Below, piece by piece: positions 54,665-62,902 of a DNA stretch of 64,000 bases. Every line of letters begins with the position of its first letter. The stretch's first letter is position 1. The stretch comes from Candidatus Sungbacteria bacterium RIFCSPLOWO2_01_FULL_47_32 (GTDB taxonomy: Bacteria; Patescibacteriota; Minisyncoccia; Sungbacterales; GWA2-42-14): the NCBI GenBank assembly GCA_001820685.1, contig MHQP01000009.1:808-64807 (forward strand), given 5' to 3'. Made by a program: the position numbers and the translations under genes. The notes below the pieces were generated by a model. That model searched no databases. It saw only the letters and a program-made list of their open reading frames with translations, and had not been told where the DNA came from.

Positions 54665-56125
54665 TTAAAACTTTTCAACAAATCCGGCGCCCTCTCCGAA
54701 ATAAATCACTCCCCGCTCTCCCCGGTTAAGGCGCTGCACAATGTCGCCCCCGGGAGAGATTATGGCAGAGATGCCGGTCTTATAAGCCCGGAAAAGCCAT
54801 ACGTGGGCCTCGGTCGCGCGAAGCTGTGCCATTCTAAGCGTACCGCGAAAAATGAAATTCGATAGAAATGGACGGTCGCTTCCCGAAACAACAAGAATGG
54901 GTGCGCCCATGCGCTTGATGCGATTCAGGAACTTCGGTGAAAATGGCTCATTACAGATGGCTGCGGCAAATATGCCGTCCGGCGTCAGAAGACCATTTTT
55001 TTCTGCGGCATCAGCCGGAACAAATGGCGTTATCGAATAACCGACGGGTTTATCAAAAAGATACTTATAAAAACCGCCGGGGCGGTAGTCAGAAACCGGG
55101 AACAATATCTCTTTTTTGTACTTTCCGACGACCTCGCCGTGTTGTAACGCGAACATTGTCTGAAGAATAATACCACCCTCCGTTTTTACCGGAATGTAGA
55201 ATATAACAGTCGCATCCGTTTCAATAAGTGTTTTGCCGAGCGTTTGCGTCCAAAAATCTTTTGAAAGCTTTGACTCCGCCGTTACAGGCGAGACGATCTG
55301 CGCCGAAAAAATGATCGTTTGAACGTTTCGCGTAAGCGCCTTTTTGATAAGCGGACCGTAATTCTCATCACGTTCTATCGGAAAAGTATCCGGAAATTTC
55401 ACATTGGGTTGAATAATAGCAACAGATGGTAAACCGGCCGGATATTCCGCTGAAATTCGCTCATGCAACATAACACCATAGAGGAAAAAAATGATAAGCC
55501 CGAATAACGAGAGGCTAATGTAAAAAAGCGGGATTCGCGTAAGCGGACGAAATACACAGCACGCATAGAGAATGCTCCCTGAAAACACTGTTATAAAACT
55601 TAAGAGGGGAACACCCAAAAATATCCCCGCCAGTTCCCGAAAGAGCCCTATGGCAACGAGCGGAATACCCACAAACCACCAATCAAATCCGAAGGTGACC
55701 ACGCGTATGACAAGCTCTGACACGACCCAAAGCGCCGGAAAGACAAACAGAATAAGCGGCTCATGCGGAATTTTTCTTGCCACCAATTTAAGCGCTACAA
55801 ACATGATACCAAAAACACCGCCAAAGATACCCGCGGCAACCGCGAATATGCCCAAAACTCTGGCAATAAGCTTGGGGTCGAAAGCAGTTGCGGCGCCAAA
55901 CACTTCGGATTCAGCATCGAGAAGCGGCGGCAATCCTATAAGGAGGAAAAGAGTTCCGACAAACGCGCCCCACAAAAAAACCGTAAAAACTGCCTTGGAA
56001 ACGACCATGCGCATACCGAAAAGGAGGGGTGGAAATATAAAAAACGCAAGAAACCACAGAGGTCCGCTCCAGTATGAAAGCCCAAAAAAAACCATTGAAA
56101 GAAGGAATGGAAGGAATGTGCGCAT
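54665..56125 (-). CDS. lnt: apolipoprotein N-acyltransferase
   Basis: N-terminal ~6-7 TM. C-terminal CN-hydrolase domain with IIQPNV (Glu), K, and AAICNEPF (catalytic Cys). Confidence 0.75.
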   Translation of the reverse strand: MRTFLPFLLSMVFFGLSYWSGPLWFLAFFIFPPLLFGMRMVVSKAVFTVFLWGAFVGTLFLLIGLPPLLDAESEVFGAATAFDPKLIARVLGIFAVAAGIFGGVFGIMFVALKLVARKIPHEPLILFVFPALWVVSELVIRVVTFGFDWWFVGIPLVAIGLFRELAGIFLGVPLLSFITVFSGSILYACCVFRPLTRIPLFYISLSLFGLIIFFLYGVMLHERISAEYPAGLPSVAIIQPNVKFPDTFPIERDENYGPLIKKALTRNVQTIIFSAQIVSPVTAESKLSKDFWTQTLGKTLIETDATVIFYIPVKTEGGIILQTMFALQHGEVVGKYKKEILFPVSDYRPGGFYKYLFDKPVGYSITPFVPADAAEKNGLLTPDGIFAAAICNEPFSPKFLNRIKRMGAPILVVSGSDRPFLSNFIFRGTLRMAQLRATEAHVWLFRAYKTGISAIISPGGDIVQRLNRGERGVIYFGEGAGFVEKF

Positions 56126-56223
56126 GAGATTATACCATCATTATAGTATGGGTTTCCGTTTCTTAGAAGAAAGATAAAATAAAGCCTTTCGCATTAAGCA
56201 TACATTCAAAGATTTTCTGATTA

Positions 56224-56251
56224 AAGAAGATCCCCTAGAGGGGATCTTCTT
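56224..56251. terminator. perfect palindromic hairpin aagaagatcccc-taga-ggggatcttctt
   Basis: Between the 3' end of the surface-protein gene and the lnt start. Confidence 0.5.
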
Positions 56252-56268
56252 CTTTAATTGCTTTTGTA

Positions 56269-58035
56269 TTATTTTCCGCCTTCTCCCTCGCCACCGCCAC
56301 CGCCCGCTTCGGCACCTGCATCTTCATCTTCAGCTTCAGCACCACCGCCCGCTTCGGCACCTGCATTTTCATCTTCAGCTTCAGCACCACCGCCCGCTTC
56401 GGCACCTGCATTTTCATCTTCAGCGTCGGCTCCTCCAGGGGCTCCGGGACCTGTATCAGGGCCGGCATTTTCAACATCTGAACCATCTGCAGCTTCGGCA
56501 CCTGCATTTTCATCTTCAGCGTCGGCTCCTCCAGGGGCTCCGGGACCTGTATCAGGACCGGCATTACCGCCGGAAACTTCAGGGGCGTTAGCTCCGACCT
56601 CAACTTCAGCAACACTTCCAGGGGCGCCGGGACCGGTATCAGGGCCGGGATTTCCAACATCCACATCCACCCCCACATCCATGTCAATACCTATATCCAC
56701 ATCTATGTCAATACCTATATCCACATCAGTAGTAACGTCTACGGTAGGAGTAAGGCCAAAGAAACTTGCGATTGCATTTATTGCATTGATGGCCATCTGA
56801 CCAATTGTGCTTAAAAGTCCGCCGAACATGCCATCAATCGCATTGCTTATCATGCCATTCGTTACTGCGTCTACAACTGCAACAACGGCCATCGCCATCA
56901 TTCCTATTGGGCCAGTAACTGCCGTAATTCCGAGGCCGACAACGCCCAATCCTACCGACGCAGGAGTAGCGCCATTGCCTATTCCTATAGCACCCGCAAC
57001 GGCACCTCCTATTCCGGTAGCTGCAGGCCCGCCACCTCCACTTCCGCCTCCATCTCCGCTTGTCCCGCCTGACGTTCCTCCTGATGTGCCTCCATCTGTA
57101 CTGCCGCTCCCATCAGACATTCCGCCCGTAGTTCCTCCGGAGTCTGTTGATGGACTGCCAGCATCAGAACCTCCGCCTGATGTCGTATCGCTGGTTGGTG
57201 AAGAGCATGAAAGCGTTCCGCAGCTCTCGCAAGATCCCCCAACGTAAGTGCAGTCGGCAGGCGGGGGAGCACAGGAGACACACGATGACGGAGGGGGAGG
57301 CGAAGATGTTGGCGAAGATGTTGGAGCTAACGCAAGACCCGGTTCAACGCTCCATCCGGTGATTTTGTTATCATATGATATTTTCCACCATGTAAAACCA
57401 TCCGCGACCATAGGTCCGTCGATAACTGTGCCCAGAGAACCGGAGGGTTCATTGCCGATAAGTGTTCCGGAGGACGAAGGAGAAGAGCGGACATTCAAAA
57501 CTTCTGTTGTAATGACCCTGTCTCCGATAGAAAACATCGGAGTGATGATTTCAGGAGTCGGTGTTGTCGGAGGCGAACTCGGAGCGGGGGGTAAAGAAGC
57601 GGGAACTACCTTAACGTTAAATGTGGTCTGCGCGGCGAGCCCGTTTCCGGTTGCGTATGCCGTGATCGCATATATTCCGAGGGGGGTTGTTGGCGTCGTA
57701 GTTATAATAATCGTCGTACCGCATGGAGGGATGCAGGAAGAAGGGGCAAATAAAAACGATGAGTCCGAAGGAAGTCCGGCTGCCGAAAAGGCAACCTTTT
57801 CTTCCGCAGCCGGGCTTATAAAAGCGTTAAGCGTATTCGCGGCACTTTGTCCTTGGGCAATAGTTACGTCTCCTCCGTTTTGAAGGAGGAATGCGATGGA
57901 TCCGGGCGGCGTTGACGTGGAGGTTTGAGCGATAACGAAGCCAGCCGGGAAACTTAGAATTGCCAGGTGGGCGATAAGCGCAAACGAAATTGTTTTTCCC
58001 ACAAGGGAAGAGGCTCTTTGTGAAAATATTTTCAT
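56269..58035 (-). CDS. large secreted Ser/Thr/Gly-rich repeat protein with an SH3b-like domain (589 aa)
   Basis: Signal peptide MKIFSQRASSLVGKTISFALIAHLAILSFPAGFVIAQ (Met 31 of the track ORF). SH3b-like GDRVITTEVLNVRSSPSSSGTLIG...WWKISYD...GWS. Cys cluster CVSCAPPPADCTYVGGSCESCGTLSC. Gly-zipper hydrophobic segment. (D-hydrophobic)n run DVDIGIDIDVDIGIDMDVGVDVDVG. Acidic tandem repeats GPDTGPGAPGGADAEDENAGAEA. Confidence 0.7.
   Translation of the reverse strand: MKIFSQRASSLVGKTISFALIAHLAILSFPAGFVIAQTSTSTPPGSIAFLLQNGGDVTIAQGQSAANTLNAFISPAAEEKVAFSAAGLPSDSSFLFAPSSCIPPCGTTIIITTTPTTPLGIYAITAYATGNGLAAQTTFNVKVVPASLPPAPSSPPTTPTPEIITPMFSIGDRVITTEVLNVRSSPSSSGTLIGNEPSGSLGTVIDGPMVADGFTWWKISYDNKITGWSVEPGLALAPTSSPTSSPPPPSSCVSCAPPPADCTYVGGSCESCGTLSCSSPTSDTTSGGGSDAGSPSTDSGGTTGGMSDGSGSTDGGTSGGTSGGTSGDGGGSGGGGPAATGIGGAVAGAIGIGNGATPASVGLGVVGLGITAVTGPIGMMAMAVVAVVDAVTNGMISNAIDGMFGGLLSTIGQMAINAINAIASFFGLTPTVDVTTDVDIGIDIDVDIGIDMDVGVDVDVGNPGPDTGPGAPGSVAEVEVGANAPEVSGGNAGPDTGPGAPGGADAEDENAGAEAADGSDVENAGPDTGPGAPGGADAEDENAGAEAGGGAEAEDENAGAEAGGGAEAEDEDAGAEAGGGGGEGEGGK
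56290..56730. repeat. in-frame tandem DNA repeats (units ~45 and ~96 bp) inside the surface-protein gene
   Basis: Seen directly: repeated caccaccgcccgcttcggcacctgcatyttcatcttcagcttcag and ...gcgtcggctcctccaggggctccgggacctgtatcaggrccggcatt... Confidence 0.8.
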
Positions 58036-58115
58036 AAAAGAAGGTATTTTTTGAAGTTTTATATTATCTTCATAGTACTCCATTCTATGCTTATTCACAA
58101 ATTCCCTATGCACAG

Positions 58116-58146
58116 AAAAATGCAAAAACCCGCCTCAAGGCGGGTT
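58116..58146 (-). terminator. intrinsic terminator after yvcK
   Basis: aacccgccttgaggcgggtt followed by tttgcattttt on the minus strand. Confidence 0.55.
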
Positions 58147-59103
58147 TTAAAGCAAAGAAACAAGAACAGAGGCAAGCTTTTTGGGGTCATGCCTCAAAAA
58201 CCCTTTTTCTCGGAGGAAATCTCCGAATATTGGCGTGGGTTTTTGGGACATACCTTCCGATCCCACAAACTCCGAGCGCTCGGCGGAATATTTCGTAAGA
58301 CGAGCGAGGGAGGGCCGGCGCGTGTTGACGACGGCATAGTCGAGCACACGCTTTCCCAGGTAGGCTTCAATAGTTGACACGAATTGCGATGCGTCAAACT
58401 TATTCGTTTCGCCGGACTTTGTCATAAGATTCACAACATACGCTTTTTTTGCTTTTGAGCTTCGTATCGCTTCCGGAATGCCGGAAACGATAAGATTCGG
58501 AACGATGCTTGTGTAAAGGTCTCCGGGGCCGATGACGATAAGGTCTGCCGTGCGTATCTTCTCAACGGCCCGTTTATTTGCGCGCGCCTTCGGCGAAAGG
58601 AAAACGCGCTTGATTTTAAGTTCCGGGTCATGCTTCGGAACGTCGATATTCGTTTCTCCCATGACTGTTCTGCCGTTCTCAAGGAGTGCTCCGAGTTTTA
58701 CGTTTGAAAGCGTAACCGGCAATACGTGCCCGCGGATGTTCAGAAGCCTTCCTGCTTCGTACACCGCGTCTTCAAAACTTCCGGTAAGCCGCTCAAGGGC
58801 TGTTAGCATGATGTTGCCGAATGTGTGTCCCTTGAGGTTTCCTTGTTCAAAGCGGTAGTTGAAAAGATCCGCGACAAGACGGTCTTCGGTATGAGAAAGC
58901 GCTACCAAAACTCTCCGCACGTCTCCCGGAGGAAGTATGCCGAATTCTTCTCTCAAAACTCCGGATGATCCTCCGTCGTCAGCCATGGAAACGACCGCGG
59001 AAAGTTCCACCGGATATGCGCGGAGTCCGGAAAGCACGGTAAACACACCGGTGCCTCCGCCGATGACGACTATCTTTTTTGTTTTATCCGCCGCTGTTTT
59101 CAT
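58147..59103 (-). CDS. yvcK: YvcK / CofD-like (UPF0052) gluconeogenesis-factor family protein
   Basis: KIVVIGGGTGVFTVLSGL. MADDGGSSG. Confidence 0.8.
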   Translation of the reverse strand: MKTAADKTKKIVVIGGGTGVFTVLSGLRAYPVELSAVVSMADDGGSSGVLREEFGILPPGDVRRVLVALSHTEDRLVADLFNYRFEQGNLKGHTFGNIMLTALERLTGSFEDAVYEAGRLLNIRGHVLPVTLSNVKLGALLENGRTVMGETNIDVPKHDPELKIKRVFLSPKARANKRAVEKIRTADLIVIGPGDLYTSIVPNLIVSGIPEAIRSSKAKKAYVVNLMTKSGETNKFDASQFVSTIEAYLGKRVLDYAVVNTRRPSLARLTKYSAERSEFVGSEGMSQKPTPIFGDFLREKGFLRHDPKKLASVLVSLL

Positions 59104-59255
59104 GTTTCCGTATTACTTCAGAGTAACGGTAAAAAGAAAAAAATCAAATGTATAACTTCGAAGACTTGCGCGGCGTGTTATAATGTGCTACTTTTTTGCC
59201 AGCGCTCATTAACATTTTTATACGGATGTGCGTTCCGGAGAGAACGGAGGACGCG

Positions 59256-59948
59256 ATGGACCAGAACGAAACGGCATATCTTTTCAGCGCTCTTATGACC
59301 GCGCGCGAATGGGTCAGAGTAAAACAGCAGACAAGAAATATCAGAGACATTCCGTATTTTCGGGACCCTGACAATACGTGGGTGGACGAGCGGGCCGAGA
59401 TAGGCGCAGGAACCAGGGTATTTCCCGGGTGTGTCATTATGGGGGAGACCGTCATCGGCAAAAACTGCGTTATCTGGCCACACGCTGTTATTTTTAACGT
59501 TAAGACCGAAGACAATGTTACGATAGCTCTTCCGCATCTGAAAAACTGCGCGATAGGCCGAGGGTCCGTCGTGGGTTCTCTTTCGGAACTTAACCGAACG
59601 GAACTTGGAAAAGAAGTGAAGATGCAGCATCATGGATATCTTGGAGATACAACAGTTGGGGATGGCTCGAACATAGGGGCGGGTACCATTACGGCAAATT
59701 ATGACGGTAAAAATAAGCATAAAACCGTTCTCGGCACCGGTTCGTCAACGGGGGTTCATACAACCCTTATTGCACCGAATAAACTTCCTGAAGGGGTATA
59801 CATTGCCGCGCACTCCGTTGTTCCAGCAAGCGCCAATGATAAAATAGAGGGTGGTATTCCTCCTTTCTCGCTTCTTATCAGCCGAGTAAAGGAACTTATC
59901 TGCAAATCCCTCAAGCGAAACGAACAAAAGCCAAAAATGGAGAAGTAA
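59256..59948 (+). CDS. standalone GlmU-type left-handed beta-helix acetyltransferase (GlcN-1-P N-acetyltransferase domain homolog)
   Basis: NIGAGTITANYDGKNKHKTVLGTGSSTGVHTTLIAPNKLPEGVYIAAHSVV aligns with the GlmU C-terminal domain ([35 protein letters not shown]). GGAGG SD 5 nt upstream of ATG 59256. Confidence 0.75.
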   Translation: MDQNETAYLFSALMTAREWVRVKQQTRNIRDIPYFRDPDNTWVDERAEIGAGTRVFPGCVIMGETVIGKNCVIWPHAVIFNVKTEDNVTIALPHLKNCAIGRGSVVGSLSELNRTELGKEVKMQHHGYLGDTTVGDGSNIGAGTITANYDGKNKHKTVLGTGSSTGVHTTLIAPNKLPEGVYIAAHSVVPASANDKIEGGIPPFSLLISRVKELICKSLKRNEQKPKMEK

Positions 59949-59950
59949 CC

Positions 59951-60205
59951 ATGGTGCCCCAGGACACAGACCATCTGAAAAATTTTTGCCACAAACATTT
60001 TGCGTCGTATCGGTTTTTTACTATCAGTAGGAAAGTTTTTGGATATCCGCTTGGTTCGTTGGGGCGGAAGGAAGATACCGATATTATCGTGTCCTATTGC
60101 CCGCGAGAAGATTGCACGGTATACGAAATGAATCCTTCCGCGTATAATATTTGGGCGGGTGCGCTGGGGGATACGATTCAGAACCAACTCCTTGTTGATA
60201 CATGA
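59951..60205 (+). CDS. small Cys/His protein, paralog 1 (84 aa)
   Basis: FCHKHF...VSYCPREDCTVYE. GGAG SD upstream. Confidence 0.5.
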   Translation: MVPQDTDHLKNFCHKHFASYRFFTISRKVFGYPLGSLGRKEDTDIIVSYCPREDCTVYEMNPSAYNIWAGALGDTIQNQLLVDT

Positions 60206-60303
60206 TTCGGGTTCGCGTCCTTGAATGGAAGATGGCGGAGAGGGCACAGAGCAAAACTCCGGGCCTTACAGAGTAAAACCCCCACAACCCGAAAGGAGCA
60301 ATC

Positions 60304-60615
60304 ATGACCACGCCTAACCTCGCCTCTCCCCCGAAAAGTGAAGAACAGACTTGCCGTGAGCACGGAACGCCCCTTCAGACGTTCGATCTTGCGAAAGAAT
60401 ATCTCGGCATGGACAGATACAGTTCTCTTGTCGTGCGTTACTGCCCGAACCTGCTCTGCCAGGTATATGTTTGCGATAAGCCCTATAAAATACGGAAAGT
60501 AACCGGCACGCTCGGAATTCAGCAGCCATACGACGACCTCACATTAAACGTCGTTATTCAGCTTCACATTCTGAAAAAACAGATCGCCCGCAATATGGTG
60601 GGCGACCAAAGATAG
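60304..60615 (+). CDS. small Cys/His protein, paralog 2 (103 aa)
   Basis: TCREHG...VRYCPNLLCQVYV. AAAGGAG SD 5 nt upstream. Confidence 0.55.
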   Translation: MTTPNLASPPKSEEQTCREHGTPLQTFDLAKEYLGMDRYSSLVVRYCPNLLCQVYVCDKPYKIRKVTGTLGIQQPYDDLTLNVVIQLHILKKQIARNMVGDQR

Positions 60616-60618
60616 AAA

Positions 60619-60644
60619 CCCCGCGAAGTTTTCGCGGGATTTTT
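60619..60644. terminator. bidirectional terminator
   Basis: cccgcgaagttttcgcggg followed by atttttc. Confidence 0.6.
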
Positions 60645-60654
60645 CATTTACTTT

Positions 60655-62835
60655 TTATTCGGGCGTATCCGTTGTTTCCGGCACTTCGGCGGTATCGGCC
60701 TGCGGAGCATCTTTTTTCATTTTATAGTCGCATTCCTTGCTGTTGCATTTGATGCCGTATTTCGTTTCTATTAAAGGATTTTCGCATTTCGGGCATTTTT
60801 CTCCCGTCGGTTTTCCCCACGCGGCGAACATGCAGTCGGGGTAGCGCGAACAGCCGAAGAAAATTTTTCCCTTGCGTGTTTTTTTGACGATAACATTTCC
60901 CTCAACGCATTTGGGGCAGGCCATGCCGAGATTCTGCTTTTCTTCAACGGATTTCAGAGATTTTGCGTTCTTGCAGTCCGGGAAGCCGGAGCATGCCATA
61001 AATTTGCCGAATCGTCCGTACCGGACTATCATGGGCTTTCCGCATTTTTCACAGACCTCATCCGTCGTCTCGACGGGAGTTTTTTTCTCAACTTCCGTGA
61101 ATTTTTCTTTAAGATTTTTTTCGAACGGAATGTAAAAATCCTTGATGACCGGCCGCCACTCCTTTTTACCTTCCGCAATCTCATCAAGCTCTTCTTCCAT
61201 TTTCGCGGTGAATTGGATATCGACGACAACCGGGAAGTGCTCGACCAAAAGGTCATTTACTACGAATCCGATGTCTGTCGGCTGAAAGCGCTTTTCATCG
61301 TTTTTAAGGACATACCCGCGGTCTTGAATGGTCGACATAATCGGCGCGTACGTTGAAGGGCGGCCGATGCCGAACTTTTCCAATGTTTTAACAAGCGAAG
61401 CTTCAGTAAATCGCGATGGCGGGTCGGTGTAATGCTGTCCCGGTTTTAGTTCTTTCGGTATCACTCCTTCGTCCTTTTTGAGTTCGGGCAGGAGTAGTTC
61501 GCCGATCTTAATTGGGTATACCTTAAGGAAGCCGTCGAATTTAATGATCTGGCCGTTTGAACGGAAGGTATAATGCGAAGCACGCGCGTGCTGGGGCTTC
61601 GGGCTCTTTGACGTTCCGATGTCTATTGCCGTCGCATCAAAAAGCGCATCGGGCATCTGGGTTGCGATGAAACGTTTCCAGACAAGGTCATACAAACGGT
61701 ACTGATTTCTATTCAAATACTGCCTGACGGATTCCGGATCCAGCTTCGGGTCTGTCGGGCGGATCGCTTCATGCGCTTCCTGCGCTCCTTTCGACTTTGT
61801 CTTGAAAATGCGAGGAGAAGGAAGAGCATAATTTTTGCCGAAGTTCGTTTCGATATATTCTTTTCCTGCGGCAAGCGCTTCTCCGGACATGTTTACCGAG
61901 TCCGTTCTCATATATGTGATAAGACCGACCGGACCTTCTCCGAGTTCGATGCCTTCATAGAGCTGCTGTGCTATGAGCATTGTCTGCTTTGCGGAAAATC
62001 GGAGGCGTCTCCATGCTTCCTGCTGAAGGGTGCTTGTTGTGAACGGGGGAGACGGCTTTTTTGAAACCGCGCGTTTTTCAATGGTTGAGACTTTCCACTC
62101 TGCCCCTTCAAGGTCGGCGACTATCTCTTTCGCTTCTTTTTCGTTTTGTATGCCAAACTTGTCGAGAACAACGTTGTCTATTTTGATGAGGTTTGCGGAA
62201 AATTCCACGGGAGATGTTTTCTCTTCTGCGGGGCTCAAAAGCGCTATAATGCTCCAGTATTCCTGTGGCTTAAAAGCCTGAATCTCTCGCTCGCGCTCGA
62301 CAATAAGCCGAACCGCGACGGATTGCACACGGCCCGCCGAAAGCCCCCGCGTTACTTTTTTCCATAAAAAAGGAGAAAGCTGGTATCCGACAAGTCGGTC
62401 AAGGATGCGCCGTGCCTGCTGGGCCGAAACAAGCCGCTCGTCAATAGGGCGCGGATGCGTCAGCGCTTCTTCAATCGCTTTTTTTGTTATCTCATGGAAC
62501 ACGATGCGTTCGGTCGTCTCAAGCTGTTTTTTTGTAAGGCCGAGCGCTTGTATCAGGTGCCAGGCGATTGCTTCTCCTTCGCGGTCCTCATCGGTCGCGA
62601 GTATTATTTTATCCGCCTCTTTTGCTCCAGCCTTCAGTTTTTTTACCACTGGCTGCGATCTCCTGGAAATAACATATTGCGGTTCGAAATTGTTTGCGGT
62701 GTCCACACCGAGTTTGTAGGCCGGAAGGTCGCGAATATGCCCATAACTTGATTCAATGATAAAATCAGCCCCGAGGAACCGGGAGATTGTTTTTGCCTTG
62801 GTTGGCGACTCAACAATGACGAGGTGTTTTGCCAT
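60655..62835 (-). CDS. topA: DNA topoisomerase I
   Basis: Toprim N-terminus MAKHLVIVESPTKAKTI. Catalytic Tyr region. C-terminal C4 zinc ribbons (CEKCGKPM, CPKCV). Confidence 0.93.
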   Translation of the reverse strand: MAKHLVIVESPTKAKTISRFLGADFIIESSYGHIRDLPAYKLGVDTANNFEPQYVISRRSQPVVKKLKAGAKEADKIILATDEDREGEAIAWHLIQALGLTKKQLETTERIVFHEITKKAIEEALTHPRPIDERLVSAQQARRILDRLVGYQLSPFLWKKVTRGLSAGRVQSVAVRLIVEREREIQAFKPQEYWSIIALLSPAEEKTSPVEFSANLIKIDNVVLDKFGIQNEKEAKEIVADLEGAEWKVSTIEKRAVSKKPSPPFTTSTLQQEAWRRLRFSAKQTMLIAQQLYEGIELGEGPVGLITYMRTDSVNMSGEALAAGKEYIETNFGKNYALPSPRIFKTKSKGAQEAHEAIRPTDPKLDPESVRQYLNRNQYRLYDLVWKRFIATQMPDALFDATAIDIGTSKSPKPQHARASHYTFRSNGQIIKFDGFLKVYPIKIGELLLPELKKDEGVIPKELKPGQHYTDPPSRFTEASLVKTLEKFGIGRPSTYAPIMSTIQDRGYVLKNDEKRFQPTDIGFVVNDLLVEHFPVVVDIQFTAKMEEELDEIAEGKKEWRPVIKDFYIPFEKNLKEKFTEVEKKTPVETTDEVCEKCGKPMIVRYGRFGKFMACSGFPDCKNAKSLKSVEEKQNLGMACPKCVEGNVIVKKTRKGKIFFGCSRYPDCMFAAWGKPTGEKCPKCENPLIETKYGIKCNSKECDYKMKKDAPQADTAEVPETTDTPE

Positions 62836-62902
62836 TTTTTTGATTATACGATATGTGTCAAAAAATAAAAAATGCCGCTTTAAGAAATTCTTTTCGTATA
62901 CA

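Noticed and set aside
56258-57247. Pro/Ala/Ser-rich plus-strand ORFs (56258..56800, 56807..57247) overlapping the large surface-protein gene
   Set aside because: They mirror the Gly/Ala/Asp tandem repeats of the minus-strand gene. The minus-strand frame has a signal peptide, an SH3b motif and a downstream palindromic terminator.
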